From the NCBI RefSeq assembly GCF_009914755.1, contig NC_060943.1: 64,000 nucleotides of DNA, one strand, 5' to 3'. The translations under genes and the position numbers were made by a program. Origin of the DNA: the human T2T-CHM13v2.0 reference genome, Homo sapiens. Of the stretch, positions 39,234 to 54,049 are shown piece by piece. The notes beneath the pieces were generated by a model that saw only the letters and a list, made by a program, of their open reading frames with translations, was not told where the DNA came from and made no database searches. Numbering within the stretch: position 1 is the first letter of the stretch; each line of letters opens with the position of its first letter.

Positions 39234-39279
39234 ATGGAATCTACCATAAGTTCACAGATGGACTGATAAACATATAAGG

Positions 39280-39975
<696 letters not shown>

Positions 39976-41399
39976 TAATGGATCCTCTGAAGTCACAGGG
40001 CTGATGGGAGGCAGAAGAGCCTCCTCTCCCGGTACCATGATGCCTAGCAGGTTCCCGGGGTCTCCAAAAAAAGGTATGCACTGGCCCAGTTGCACTTCGG
40101 GCTGCACAGTGAGTGAAGGACTCCTTCCCCAGGAATATATCAAGCTGTGAAGTATTCACAGTTTTTAAATTACTCATCAAGAGCTGGATTTTTTTTTTCT
40201 CCTCTGCTACCTTAGTTACTGATTATTTCCAGACCCATCAGATACACAAACTCTTGTTTTTAAAATGCAATCAGCACACCCACGCACCCATCTATAGATA
40301 GTAAAGAATAGGTGCTGAAGTCCCTGGAATGTATTGCTATCATGCAAGATGAAATGGACAGCATTACAAATGTACACTCAGCAGGAAAATACGATTTACC
40401 TGGTAATTCAAGCTGGGGATGGATAATCAGTTCATTTCAAATAATGAACCAAGAAAGCACTGCCATTTGGAAAACTTGGGGGTCCATGCTTGTCTGTGGG
40501 ATCTTGGTGTGGCTGTGTCATTCTTATGCAGAAGGGTCACCACCTCTTCCAGAGGACACAGGACACCGTCTCCAGTGGGTCAGATGCAGCTGATGGGAGA
40601 CCACCCAGGCAGACTCCCCAGGCACCATTTTCTCATCTGGCTCCAGTGGTTTTAGAGCCCACAGAGAGGTCTGTCATTTCTTCAAAGGCTGACTCTGTGG
40701 AGGGGCAGATGGTGCACAGTTCTGTCCCTGATCTCGGGACAGGTTTAAAAGTCCCATTTGTTGATTTCCTCTCTTGTCCTCTGTGCATTCAGTCCCATCA
40801 CTGAGCTGCTTATGGCTGGGAGCTACAAGATCTTTGTAGTGGGGGATCCTTCGAATTTATCCTGACATGGCTCCAGAAAATGCTCAGGTGGGTTATGGAC
40901 AATGCACTCTTAAGACTCCGGACCAGCTACTAGAGTGTAGACCAGGGCAGCAGCAATACAGGAAAACATCTCAGGAAAATAAATTCACACAGAACCCATT
41001 ATAGCTGATTTTGACCTATTTTGAAGAAAATTGCACCGTTTCTAGGTGTGGAGTTGATCTGTTGCAGGTGGCCTACACTGTGACCTCTCTTGTAGGCATG
41101 GAGATGAACATACTTGGTATCATCCACTCTCCTGCACTGCTGGCTCAGTCACCAGCCTTTTCAGGCACGGGGTCTGCAACCTCTCTCATGGTTTGTGCCA
41201 TCTCTTGAGTCAGGAGCCACAGACCTCATCCAGGACTTACAGCCTGACAGATTAAGGAGTCCGATAAATCCACACATTCTGAGTTGTTATGCTGGGCAAA
41301 AGCCATGCCCATCCACAAGCCAGACTCTTGGCCTCCACTGGAAGCTTTGGAACTTTATTCCCATCAAACACTGACCTAATCCTTGCACTGAGACTGCTA

Positions 41400-41540
41400 T
41401 TTACATTAAAATTGGTCACATAATGAAAAAAAAAGGTAGTTCATTAATATGCTAAGAAGTGCTAATTTGAACATTGCTGAAAAGCAATTGCAAATTCCAT
41501 TTTGCAACTTGCAAATGTGATGCAGTGCAAATTAGGGCTG
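41400..41540. promoter_or_regulatory. Candidate enhancer with POU/homeobox-like motifs
   Basis: cattaatatgctaa, gctaattt and three tgcaaat within 140 bp. Confidence 0.3.
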
Positions 41541-42614
41541 ATGGACCCATCTTCAGACATTCAAACTTCATCTGGGTATTTCTGAGTTCCCCAAGCCTTG
41601 GCGGCCGAGATTGGCTGCAAGACCAGTGGGGGTGATTTCTCCTTCATTGGAGATGAAAGAACGTGCTTCCAGTAGTGGGTGGACAACCATGAGCCCTTCT
41701 ACACAGATATCAGGTGAGTCCAAGGAAGCCTGTCTCAAGGGGCTTGCTGAAATGACCCGAAACAGAAGAATAAGAATGACCCCAAATGCACACAACACAT
41801 GTCTTCAGAGAGCTTGAGCTGTGCCAGATGGACACCCTGCACCCAGTGAAGCCCCCAGCCCCCAGCCTCAACTCCATCTTCCGCTGGGCGGCCTTCGATG
41901 CTCTGTTGACCCAAGCTGGGTTGAGAGGTAGCCTGAGGCCCCCTCCTTCAGCAGGAGAAGCCAGTGGGAATCAGAGCCAGCTTTGGCAAGGGTTTGCCAT
42001 TTTCCTCCCAGAGGTGCTCTAGGGGCAGCTCTCTCCATGGAAAATAAAGCCCCAGGGACTGTGCCAGGCTCAGTTGCCCCTTCCATCTTCCTGCTATCCT
42101 CCTCCTGTCTACAAAGGCATTGGAGTTAGAACTTACATGACTGAGCTTCCAAAGTCAGAAGACACCCAGAAATTGATGTGAGATGAAAAATACACTTGAA
42201 AGTCCCTTAGGACAGTGTAGCACCAGAGACCAACATACCTTCCCCTTGGTAAGTGGACGCTGTCAACTTTACCTCCATCTTTGTCTGTCATTCCTTCTTT
42301 CATTGGATTCTAGATGAAGTGGGTGGCCTGCCTTTGGCACCATGCTGTTTCCTTTATTTTTTTTAAGTGTGTACCTTTAAACATATAACAGCCCATTACA
42401 CACAGCAAGATGTTCCAGCTCTAAGAGACACCAGCCACAGTCCCTGGTATCCATTGCCAAGGTCTGCCAGCCACAGAGCCAGCACAGGCAACAGCTCCCC
42501 CTGGGTCTTCACACCACTCTAAGCTACCTTCCCAGAAGTGGAAGACCAGCACTTCTGCCGGGATCTAACTCCAAGGCAGAAGTGTCTCACTCATGAATAA
42601 ATCCTCAGGTGCAA

Positions 42615-43050
42615 CTTCCTTCCTTCCTTTCCTTCCTTCCTTCCTTCCCCCTTTCTTTCCCTCCTTCTTTTCCTTCCTTCACTCTTTCCTTCCTTCCTCC
42701 CCTCCTTCCTTCTTTCCTCCTATTTTTCCTTCCTTCCTTCCCTCCTTTCTTTCTTCTGCCCTTCTCTTCCTTCCTTCTTTCCTTCCTTCCACCCTTCTCT
42801 TCCTTCCTTCCTTCATCTCCTCCTTCCTTCCTTATGTCCTTCCTTCCTTCCTCCTCTTCCTTCATTCCTTCCCTCCTTCCTTCCTTCTTCCCTCTCTCCC
42901 TTCCTTCCCTTCTTACTTCCTTTTTTCCTTCCATCTTTTCTTCCTTCCACCCTTCTCTTCCTTCCTTCATCCCCTCCTTCCTACCTTCTGCCCTTCTCTC
43001 CCTTCTTTCCTTCCTTCCTTCTTTCCTTCCTTCCTTCCTTTTCTTCCTCC
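42615..43050. repeat. (TTCC)n pyrimidine tract, ~435 bp
   Basis: Directly visible. Confidence 0.95.
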
Positions 43051-43589
43051 TCAGCTACTTCTCAAAAGGGCACAAAAGGGTGAAGTAAAGAGATGGAGGA
43101 ACCCGGCTAATGTAAGGAGAGGCAAGTCCACCCTGGAGCCATAAACAAGGTGCAAACATAGTCACATGGACATGCAGTGCCCACGGGGACACTGAAAACG
43201 TGGCCCTGAGCTTTCCATGGAGCTAAAGCCAAAAGGAAAACAAAACCCAGTAAGGAGCACCTTGTCAGCAAAACTGAAAAGGCAGCGATCCTGCTTTTCC
43301 TGCAGCTGAGGCCTGAGAGAAATTTCTTAGCTGGGTCCCCTCCAAGGTAATGGACAATGTCCTCACCATAGATTCTATGAGGCAGCTCGCTGGCCCGAGC
43401 CAGAGCCTGACTTAGCTCTCCAAAAGTGTCTGTTTGCTGGGGGATTTTCTACTCAAAGGTGAAAGTGGAAAGCAGGGAAGGCAGGCCCAACCCCAGGCAT
43501 CTCCCACCACAGCCTCCCAGACCCCATTATGTCTCTTCAGCATTGCTCATGCCACTCTCGGGCCACCCATAGGGCTTTGGCACACAGAC

Positions 43590-44150
<561 letters not shown>

Positions 44151-44169
44151 TTGGCATGACAAGTCCTAT

Positions 44170-44375
44170 GATAGCATATTCTATATGCCACGCACTTCTA
44201 AGCACTTTGAAAATATGCACCTTCATGTAACCTTTAGAGAAGCCCTTGGATATAAGTTCCAACACCAACCCATTTCACAGATGAAGAAACAGAGGCACAG
44301 AGAGGCTCGGTAATTTACTGGAATAACACAGCTAGTGAGTGGTAGGACCAGAAAGTCTGGCTACACAGTCAGAGC
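44170..44375 (-). mobile_element. MIR
   Basis: cccatttcacagatgaagaaacagaggcacagagagg...acacagctagtgagtgg. Confidence 0.75.
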
Positions 44376-44489
44376 CCACGACCTCCACGGCCGATGTTTG
44401 ATTGGGGCAGGTTGCCCAATGCATGATGAGCAAAGTTTGAATCTACTTCCCCGCACTCAGAAATCTTCCTTACCCATTGCTCCTTTCTC

Positions 44490-44890
44490 TCTCATTGTTC
44501 CTGAACGCATTGTCTAATTTTGGAGATAAGCAGCCTAAACCATTTAAATTCTCCTTTCTTTAATGTTGTTGATTTTAGCTAAAATGCAAAGTGTAGTGCG
44601 GAGGAGCCCAGACGGCATCCACTGGAGAGTCTGGGATTAGTTCATTAATAGGTTCGGCTACTGCCCGTGCGGCAGCATAACATTAGGAGCTAACTGCTTC
44701 TGACCACGCACCACTTAGAACCCCACATTTGCAAATCAGCTCAAGACGCATGTCACCATGAGAGATGACAGTGTTAAAGAAATGCATTTTTCATTGATTC
44801 TATTAATATTAGTAATACCTCTTATTGAATATGATTGGTGTAGACAATGCAAAAAGTCGTTTTTCTCATTTATTTTCGAAATCAGCCAGC
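44490..44890. promoter_or_regulatory. Candidate enhancer (SOX, TAAT and inverted MEIS-like sites)
   Basis: CATTGT twice, ATTTGCAAAT, TGTCA-N10-TGACA, several TAAT and local CpGs. Confidence 0.35.
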
Positions 44891-45061
44891 ATGCCCCAAT
44901 ACCAGCCTTGCTCTGTGGACAGCTGCTGGCTGTGAGCATTTTATGGAGACGGATATGCCAGGCCTGGTCTGGCCTCTTTTAGCCCTGCCTGTACCCCAAC
45001 ACATGCCCAAGTCCAGAGCAGGAACTATTGGAACCATTTACAGCCCATTAAGAATGCCCAA

Positions 45062-45359
45062 AGCTGAGCACCGTGGCTCACGCCTGTAATCCCAGCACTT
45101 TAGGAGGCCGAGGCAGGCAGATGGCTTGAGCCCAGGAGTTTGAGACCAGCCTGGGCAACATGTCAAAACCCCATCCCTACAAAAAATACAAAAACATTAG
45201 CTGGACATGCACACCTGTAGTCCCAGCTTACCCAGGAGGCTGAGGCAGAAGGCTCACCTGAGCCAGGGAGGTCGAGGCTACAGTGAATCATGATTGTGCC
45301 ATTGTACCCAACTCTGGGCAACACGGGGAAAATCTGTCTCCAAAAAAAAAAAAAAAAAA
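45062..45359 (+). mobile_element. AluJ
   Basis: Full dimer with an A tail; aatgcc on both flanks. Confidence 0.92.
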
Positions 45360-46186
45360 TGCCTGAGAACTGAATGGAGATTTCTGGGGAATTAGGTTCC
45401 TCTATACCCCAGGGAAGCCTGCAAAGGAGCCCCCTGATCTCTGAGACACATGTTCTGGTGTGATTGTGTTGAATGAAGTCCCAGATGCAGTGCCACTGGC
45501 ACATTGGCACATGGAGCTCAAAGGAAAGGAACAGGGGAATGAGTCGGACCTGTGTGTCTTGTGCCAGGCCTGCCACTCTGCACACCGGCCCCAGCCTTAC
45601 AAGTCTCCCTCACTGTGCAGTCCTACTCTGAACGTTTCCACGTTTTTTTTTTTTTTGCCTCCTAGTTTCTGCTTCTCCAAGTCCCTGCCTTCACACATCA
45701 TGACCTCCTGTGGCCCATCCACCTTGTGGCAACTTTGCTGCTTTTAGCTTCAAATTCAAATGTGGATTGCCACGCTGAGAGAAAGCAATGCCTAGGAAAA
45801 TATCCTGGAAAAAAAAAAAAAAAAACAAGAAACTACACTGCTCTTTCCTTTACTGCCCCTTTTCCTTTCTCTGCCTTTTGTTCAAAGAGGTATCCAGGAA
45901 GTGTGAAGTCTCCCAGGATCCAAGGAGGCTGAGGAAACCAGCATAGTTTTCCCTGAGCAAATTTCAGTTTACCAGGCTTGTAGGAAGTCAGAGCCAAAAA
46001 AAGAAATCAGCATTTTGGCAAGGCCCAGCCTGGATGAATCTCAAATGAGTCATTTGAGAAGAATGTAATGGGCTGCCCATTTTACCTAGTGGTACAACTA
46101 CCTGCCCAAGAAGAGAGTAGAAAATGCTACTGCGGGAAAATTGCCTAATCTGAGCTTGAGTTGATGCAAGAAGCCCAGTTTCATAC

Positions 46187-46567
46187 TGATATGGTTTTGC
46201 TGTGTCCCCACCTAAATCTCATCTTGAATTGCAGTTCCCATAATCCCCACATGTCATAGGAGGGACCCGCTGAGAGGTAGCTGAATCATAAGGGCAGTTA
46301 CCTCCATGCTGTTCTCGTGATAGTGAATTCTCATGAGATCTGATGGTTTTATAAGGGGCTTTTCCCCCTTTTGCTCGGCATTTCTCCTTGCTGCTGCCAT
46401 GTGAAGAAGGACATGTTTGCTTCCTCTTCTGCCATGATTATAAGTTTTATAAGTTTGCTGAGGCCTCTCCAGCCATGCAGAACTGTGAGTCAATTAAACC
46501 TCTTCCCTTTATAAATTAACCACTCTCAGGTATGTCTTTATTAGCAGCATGAAAATGGACTAATACA
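46187..46567 (+). mobile_element. THE1C-like MaLR solo LTR
   Basis: tgatatggttttgctgtgtcccc...gactaataca; TSD catac/cctac. Confidence 0.92.
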
Positions 46568-46877
46568 CCTACCATTTTCTTTTTCACTGTTAAATTACAC
46601 ATTGGGTTTCTGGGTTTATACATCAGTCTCATGATCTTGACTAATGTGAGTCCACACCTAAGAGACAGATCCACTCTCAGAATCAGAATCAAATCTTGTT
46701 TCTAGATTTGTGAGGTGGAGAATCAAACTACAAGCTGTGATAAATTTACCACTAACAAATGTCAACCTGCAGAGGCAGCCACCACCCCTCCACCCCAACC
46801 CCACCAACAATCCCCAGTAAGTCCCATTCTTGAGAGGAGAAGGCAGGAAAGGGTACACATGAGCCACAACCTAGGAC

Positions 46878-47025
46878 AATGATTCTCAACCCTGGCTGCA
46901 CAGTGGAATCATCTGGTCTCACCACAGAATTTCTTATTTAACTGGTCTGGGGTGCCACTTGGGAATTGGGGTTTTTTGAAGCTCTCCAGATGGCTCTGCT
47001 GTGCAGTCAAACTTGAGAACCACAG
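46878..47025. mobile_element. MER5-type hAT-Charlie MITE
   Basis: Terminal inverted repeats caatgattctcaa ... ttgagaaccacag. Confidence 0.75.
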
Positions 47026-47067
47026 ACTAGAGCTTGGAAGCACCCAGTCTGAATAAAGACCAAGAGT

Positions 47068-47360
47068 GGCTGGGCATGATGGCTCACACCTATAATCCCA
47101 GCACCTTGGGAACCTGAGGCGGGAGATCCCTTGAGCCCAGGAGTTCAAGACCAGCCTGGGAAACACAGTGAGATCCCATCTCAGCAAAAAATTTAAAAAT
47201 TAGTGAGGCAAGGTGGCATGTGCCTGTAGTCCCAGATATTCAGAAGGCCAAGCACGAGGATTGCTTGAGCCCGAGAGTTCAAGGCTGCAGTGAGCTGTGA
47301 TTGTGCCATGTCTCTCCAGCCAGGGAGACAGAGGGAGACCCCACCTCTAAAAGAATAAAA
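47068..47360 (+). mobile_element. AluJ, host of an L1 insertion
   Basis: J motifs; TSD aaagaccaagag (47055) / aaagaccagag (48154). Confidence 0.9.
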
Positions 47361-48142
47361 TATAGTAGAATGATTTATAATCCTTTCGGTATATACCCAG
47401 TTATGGGATTGCTGGGTCAAATGGTATTTCTGGTTGTAGATCCTTGAGGAATCACCCCACTGTCTTCCACAATAGTTGAGCTAATTTACACTCCCATCAA
47501 CAGCGTGAAAGCATTCCTGTTTCTCCACAATGAGAGACTGAATAAAGAAAATGTGGCACATATACACCATGAAATGCTATGCAGCTATAAAAAAGAATGA
47601 GTTAAAATTAGCTGGGAGTGGTGGTGGGCACCTGTAATTCCAGCTACTCGGGAGGCTGAGACAGAGAACTGCTTGAACCTGAGATGGGAAGTTTGCAGTG
47701 AGTGGAGATCATGCCACTGCACTCCAGCCTGGGCGAGAGAGCGAGACTCCATCTAAAAAAAAAAAAAAAAAATGAGTTCATGGTTCATGTCCTTTGCAGG
47801 GACATGGATGAAGCTGGAAACCATCATTCTCAGCAAACTAACATAGGACCAGAAAACCAGACATTGCACGTTCTGACTCATAAGTGGGAGCTGAACAATG
47901 AGAACACGTGGACACAGGGAGGGGAACACCACACACTGGAGCCTGTCAGGGGTTGGGGGGCAAGGGGAGTGAGAGCATTAGGACAAATACCTAATGCGTG
48001 AGGGGCTTAAAACCTAGATGATGAGTTGATAGGTGCAGCAAACCACCATGGTACTTGTATACCCATGTAACAAACCTGCACATTCTGCACATGTATCCCA
48101 GAACTTAAAGTAAAAAAATTTTTTTAAAAAAGAATGAAATAA
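47361..48142 (+). mobile_element. L1PA (PA7/8-like) 3' fragment with a 5' inversion (47361-47529 antisense)
   Basis: Antisense ORF2-end piece joined to a sense ORF2 end, 3'UTR and A-rich tail; TSD aataaaatata at 47354-47364 and 48143-48153. Confidence 0.9.
47604..47771 (+). mobile_element. 5'-truncated Alu (right monomer) inside the L1
   Basis: aaaattagctggg...ccatct followed by poly-A; aatgagtt on both flanks. Confidence 0.9.
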
Positions 48143-48379
48143 AATAAAATATAAAAGACCAGAGGGCAGAGAGTAGGAGCAGCCCACAGGAGTGCTGAGA
48201 AGAAGCCTCCAGAGACAGAAAAGGACTTCCACCAAGGGAATGCCGCTCATCCTTCTCCATCACTCCCTCACTGAGTTCTGCCAGGAGGGCACCTCGCTGT
48301 AAGTCAGGCCTCTGTGTCAGCCGCCAAGAATAACTGCTTGCCCTCACTGAAGTTCATAACTGCCTTCGGAAGCCAGTTA

Positions 48380-49150
48380 GAGCCTATAATTAGAATTCAC
48401 TGCAACTCTGGCAACACGCAGCCCATCCACCGCCCAGGACTCCAGCGGCATCGGCTGTAGCCCGGTGATTTAAAACCACAGTGGACAGATTCGCCACACC
48501 TAATGTGCATCCCTTGGTGGGTTGCCCCCTCTGATGTCCACTGGGAAGGAATTGAATTACGGCCTTAGATACAAGACTGAGAAGTTGCAGGAGGAAGTCG
48601 CAATTATGCACAGAACTGGATGGGCAATTTGAGGAGAAGGTGACAAGAGAAGCTAAATCTGCCTCCCTTTTGTCCTTCAAGTCTCCTTCCAGAAACCCGT
48701 TCCAGCACCCACCCTGCCAGAGACGCGGTCTGCAATGCTGGAAGCAATGTAAGGGGTGGAGGGGTGGGGGGTTGAGCTTGCATTTGAACCTCTCTTATAA
48801 TGCCAGAATGGAGACAGCATAATTAGTCTTCACTTTCACAAGTAATAAATACACTCAAATTAAAAATACATTTGTACCACTCATATTACCCCTGCATATA
48901 TCATAACATGTAAATACACATTCTGCTTGTCTTTTGCTAATCATTTGCTTTATATTTTCATGTTGGTCAACAGGATAAATAAACGTCTTCCTATGTATCT
49001 CAGTATCATTAATATTCTTTAAAATGTGTAGGTTCTCATTTAAGGCTGAATGAGCGCTTTTGCCTATGGCCGTGGAAACAATTAGGAAATTTGTGAATTA
49101 CATGACTGGTTTGCTTGCATTTCCCAAGCTAAATATTTAAGAAAGCTTTC
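48380..49150. promoter_or_regulatory. Candidate conserved non-coding element
   Basis: No repeat recognised, TAAT/ATTA-rich, CpG cluster at 48415-48500. Confidence 0.3.
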
Positions 49151-49219
49151 TCTCATGAACAACCAAAAGTTTTTGGTAAGCGCAATCATTCAGGGAGAAG
49201 AACTATGGAAATAATACCA

Positions 49220-49345
49220 AATTTGGAATTGGAAGCCTCTGGTTGGAGTCCCAGCTCATGCATAAAACTGTTCTGTGACTTTGGCCATCAGCACCTCCCT
49301 GGGGTTTAGCTTCCTCACCAAGTTGGGAATACCCTTACCTCACCT
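49220..49345 (+). mobile_element. MIR fragment
   Basis: ggttggagtcccagctc...ctgtgactttggcc...ttagcttcctca. Confidence 0.55.
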
Positions 49346-49351
49346 ACCTCC

Positions 49352-50049
49352 CTTTTTAAATTTAACTCTTATTTTAGGTTCAGGGGTACAAGTGCAGGTT
49401 TGTTATAAAGGTAAATGTGTGTCATGGGGACTTATTATACAGATTATTTTGTCACCCAGTTTTTTAAGCTTAGTACTCTTTAGTTATTTTTCCTGATCCT
49501 CTCCCTCCTCCCACACTTCACCTTCTGACAGGCCCCAGTGTGCATTGTTCCCCTCTATGTGTCCATGTGTTCTCATCATTTAGCTCCCACTTATAAGTGA
49601 GAACATGCGGTATTTGGGTTTCTGTGCATTAGTTTGCTAAGGATAATGGCCTCCAGCTCCATCCATGCCCCTGAAAAGGATACAATCTCGTTCTTTTATA
49701 TGGCTGCATAGTATTCCATGCTGTATATGGACCACATTTTCTTTATCCAGTCTACCATTGATGGGCATTTAGGTTGACTCCTTGTCTTTGCTATTGGAAA
49801 TAGTGCTGTGATGAACATATGCATGCATGTGTCTTTATGGTAAACAATTTATATTCCTTTGCATATATACCCAGTAATGGGATGGCTGGGTCGAATGGTA
49901 GTCCTGTTTTTAGGTCTTTGCGGAATTGCCACGCTGACTCGCACAATGGTTGAACTAATTTACACTCCCACCAACGGTGTATATGTGTTCCCTTTTCTCC
50001 ACAGCCTCTCCAGCACCTGTTATTTTTTGACTTTTTAGTAATAGCCATT
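49352..50049 (-). mobile_element. L1PA13/14-like 3' fragment
   Basis: Antisense L1 3'UTR and ORF2 C-terminus (MAITKKSKNNRCWRGCGEKGT...LPFDPAIPLLGIY). Confidence 0.92.
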
Positions 50050-51099
50050 TACCTTACCTGTCTCTTACTAATAGGAGTATTAGCAGATGCCCGACTAGAG
50101 AGAGACCACATGAGGCAGGGAAGTGCAGGAAAGAGAGCTTGTCACGGATGGGGCCAGTGATGGACCAGACATCATCCAAATGGCCCAGGGACGACATAGT
50201 GTTCCCAGAGCCCCATGAGCGGGCCCAGGAACCTCAGAGGAAGGCCTCTGTGACAGGAGCTGAATCTCTGCCAGATACCTGGCCCCAAAGCAGAGAGGGA
50301 GCTTGAGACAGCACACCCGCCTTGTTCTCTGATTCCCTTTTGCAGCCTACCGGTGGGCAAATCTAATTGGCACTGGCCAGCATGGGCAGCCTGCAGGGCC
50401 AGGCTCCTGGGGCAGGGGGAGGGCCAGGGAAGGCTGGTAAATGGGTGATGGGGGGTGGGCAACAGAGGCCTCTCCAGAGTGAAAATCTCCATCCCACCTC
50501 AGGAATGAAAAACGTGCCCCTTCCCTTCAAGTTTTCAAGGTGCCTTAGAATTCAGCTCCCTTCAGCCAAGGAAGCCCCCGATGCTGAGTGAGAAGGGAAG
50601 CACAGCTTTAATCAAAAGAATGTTGATGAATTAACCCCATTTTCAAAAAGTTCAGTACCCAAGAAAGCAAAGTTTTTCACATTAGATTAGAAAAGATTGT
50701 TTTCCATTAAAGGTTCTCTAAGTACTCTGCCCATCTGCCCAGGGATCTTTCCCAGGGAAGCACCCCCATCCCCCCGCCTCGCCTCCTGCACCCTGAGGTC
50801 AGAGGCTGGCATGGGCTGGAGGAGAGAATGACCAGCAAGCAGGTGGGCCAGGTAAGAGAGTGTGCATGCCCAGAGGAGGTCAGTCACCTGCCACCGCAAC
50901 CATCCTGATTCTCAGCACATACCTATTGGTTTAGTCTCTGGTAGTCCAGTGTCAATGAAGAACAATGACACTGATGTGGTTTTGCAACACCACAGGCAAT
51001 CAAGGCATCCCCAAATGCTCATTTCACCCTGCATGTCCTCAGGAGATGCCCCAGTCATGTCCTGAAGTTTCATTTTAGGAGAACATCCTGTTCTGGTAC

Positions 51100-51250
51100 C
51101 TGGGTGGACCTCAAGGGTTAATCCAATCCAAGCCTCTGTTTGATAGATAAATAAGCTGAGACCTAAAGAAAGGATGTGGCTTGCTTAAGACCACACAGCA
51201 AGCAAATGGAAGAGCTCAGGCTTCCCAGCTCCTAGGCCAGGGCTCCTTAC
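51100..51250 (-). mobile_element. MIR fragment
   Basis: ctgagacctaaagaaaggatgtggcttgcttaagaccacacagc. Confidence 0.55.
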
Positions 51251-51329
51251 TTATCCCCTAACTCCCCAGCTGAGCAACTTCCATGAGAAAATGCATGGGG
51301 ATGCGGTCTTTGTCATGATTTAGGGAAGC

Positions 51330-51884
<555 letters not shown>

Positions 51885-54049
51885 TCACTATTAACGATAA
51901 TAGCTCTATGTTCTGCATTTTGTCAGCCAGACCTAGCACCTGTTCCTTGCTGGAACTTGGGATCCTACTGGACTAGAGAACTCTGAATCAGCTGAGAGCA
52001 AAGCTCCTTCCATCATTTCATGGGGAGTCAAAGCACTTGTCAAAGCACATCCATCTCCACGGAATGAGGAGACCCATGCCCACCTGCAGAGGCAGGGCAG
52101 AGAGAGAAGCATGAAGCATGAATGGGCTGCCCCAGCTACTTTGCCTGGACTTTGACAAAGCTGGGAATCTGGTATGTCCACATGCTACCAGCCTCCCAGG
52201 GGGGCAGAAATGGGGTCATGCTCACTTTAAATACCAAACTGTAATGACTCGAGCCCCACCATCTTGATTCTGGAACTCAGCTCTCTCCTACTCTCCTGCC
52301 CTCTGCAAAGCACCCACTCAGCCGCCACCATGTTCTTCCCCTGTCTTCTGGCTCCCTTGGCCCTTGTCTGTTTCCATGGAAACCACCTAGCAAATCCCTG
52401 GACCAAGGAGCTGTCTCTAAGCCTCCAGGGGGCACCCCGAACAGGACCTCTGATTGTGCTATAGGACGGGAGACCAGGTCTGGCAGCTCTCTGTCACGAG
52501 ACCCTTCTTGCTTCTCCTTACCCTTCAACAGCTCTCATCCCCATCCCTCCTTCCTCACACCACCAATGGCCCCCTTCAAGTTCTCTGTTATCCAGCTGCA
52601 CTTTTGGGTCCATTCCTGCACAGGGCAATCAAACAGGGCCCGGCTGCCTGGAATCGATGAGTCTTTATGGAGTCAGGCATCCCGACATCCACTGAGGCCA
52701 GAGCGAGGGAGCCCCCATGAGCTGGAGGACTAGGAATGAAAAAAATGAAGAAAAATAATAAAATTGCTATTGCTTCTGGATGAAATATCCTGATAGTCAG
52801 ATGAAAGGAGAGCTTGAAATCATAATCATAATCATCTTTGGTCTTTGCCTGTGTAGACCTGGCCTAAGGCTTTAATGTAAACCCATGGTGATTCTGAAAG
52901 CTACATGAATAGTTCATTTCCCAGCAAAACTGCCATACAGGGAGACAAATAATTTAAGTAGGGACAATGCTTCACCAGTATGCACATATTAGAAGTTTAA
53001 AATCACAACCCAGGGAAAGCCAGAGAGAGAAAGAAGGAAAAACAAACTTTTTTGTCTCAATTTCTGCTAGCTGGAAAGATCGTTCCATTCTGAAGCTGTC
53101 GTGGTCTCCCTGGCAGAGCCTCTTTTCCCTCTGAGAGAAGGAGCTGGGAGGGGGTGCCTGCACACAGATGAAACATAGAGACGGGAGACCCTTCTTGGAG
53201 GAGCAGGGGGGAAATTTAGAGGCAGAGATACCTGGCTATAAATTCACAACTGGAAATTTACAGAGGATATGTCTCCACTCTAGAAAAGCAACCAAAGGCT
53301 TATTGACATGAGATTCATGTAAATGAGGTCTAATTTCTCACCCCGGGTGCACATCATCACTTTCCTGAGACGTTGGATTTTCTGAGTGTTTCACCCCACA
53401 TTCCACCCAGAATCAATGTATGGGTTATAGATTATTGATCACTGAGGACCCAGGCCCCAGCCTCGCTTTCAGTGTCAGAATGAGAGCTATTGTTCTCCTT
53501 CCCAGACATTTAACCGTGAGTCATCACACATTTTCAGACATAGAGCAATTATTTATTGTCATGTTATGCTACCCAAGCTTGTCAGGAATTTAAACTGAAG
53601 AATATGTGCACGTGCCATCCTGAGGCAGTATTCTAGATACATGAGGAAAGTCAGAAAAACGTTACTGGTCCAAGAACAAACTCTAAACGTTTGGCTTTTG
53701 ATTCTCTGTCTAATATATAGCAATTTCAATGAGACTAATATCACCATTCTGTGAACCTGCCAGCAGATAGAAGTTCCCACATTATTGTGGTCTGTTTCCG
53801 AGGACAAATAAAGTATGCTGCTCTCCAGTGTTCTGTAGAAGCACGCCACGCTATAGACAGAAGTGTTTCAAGTCAACACAATATGAAAAAATTCAAAATA
53901 AAATGAAAAGTGTCTGAAAACAAACCAACATAAATATACAGCAGTCCTGTTAATTATGATTATTTATGATCATAAGAACTGGCATCATTACTGTGGTTTC
54001 CTTTCCAAAATCTCACAAACTTGTTACTATACAGCAGTTTCGGAGTTCT

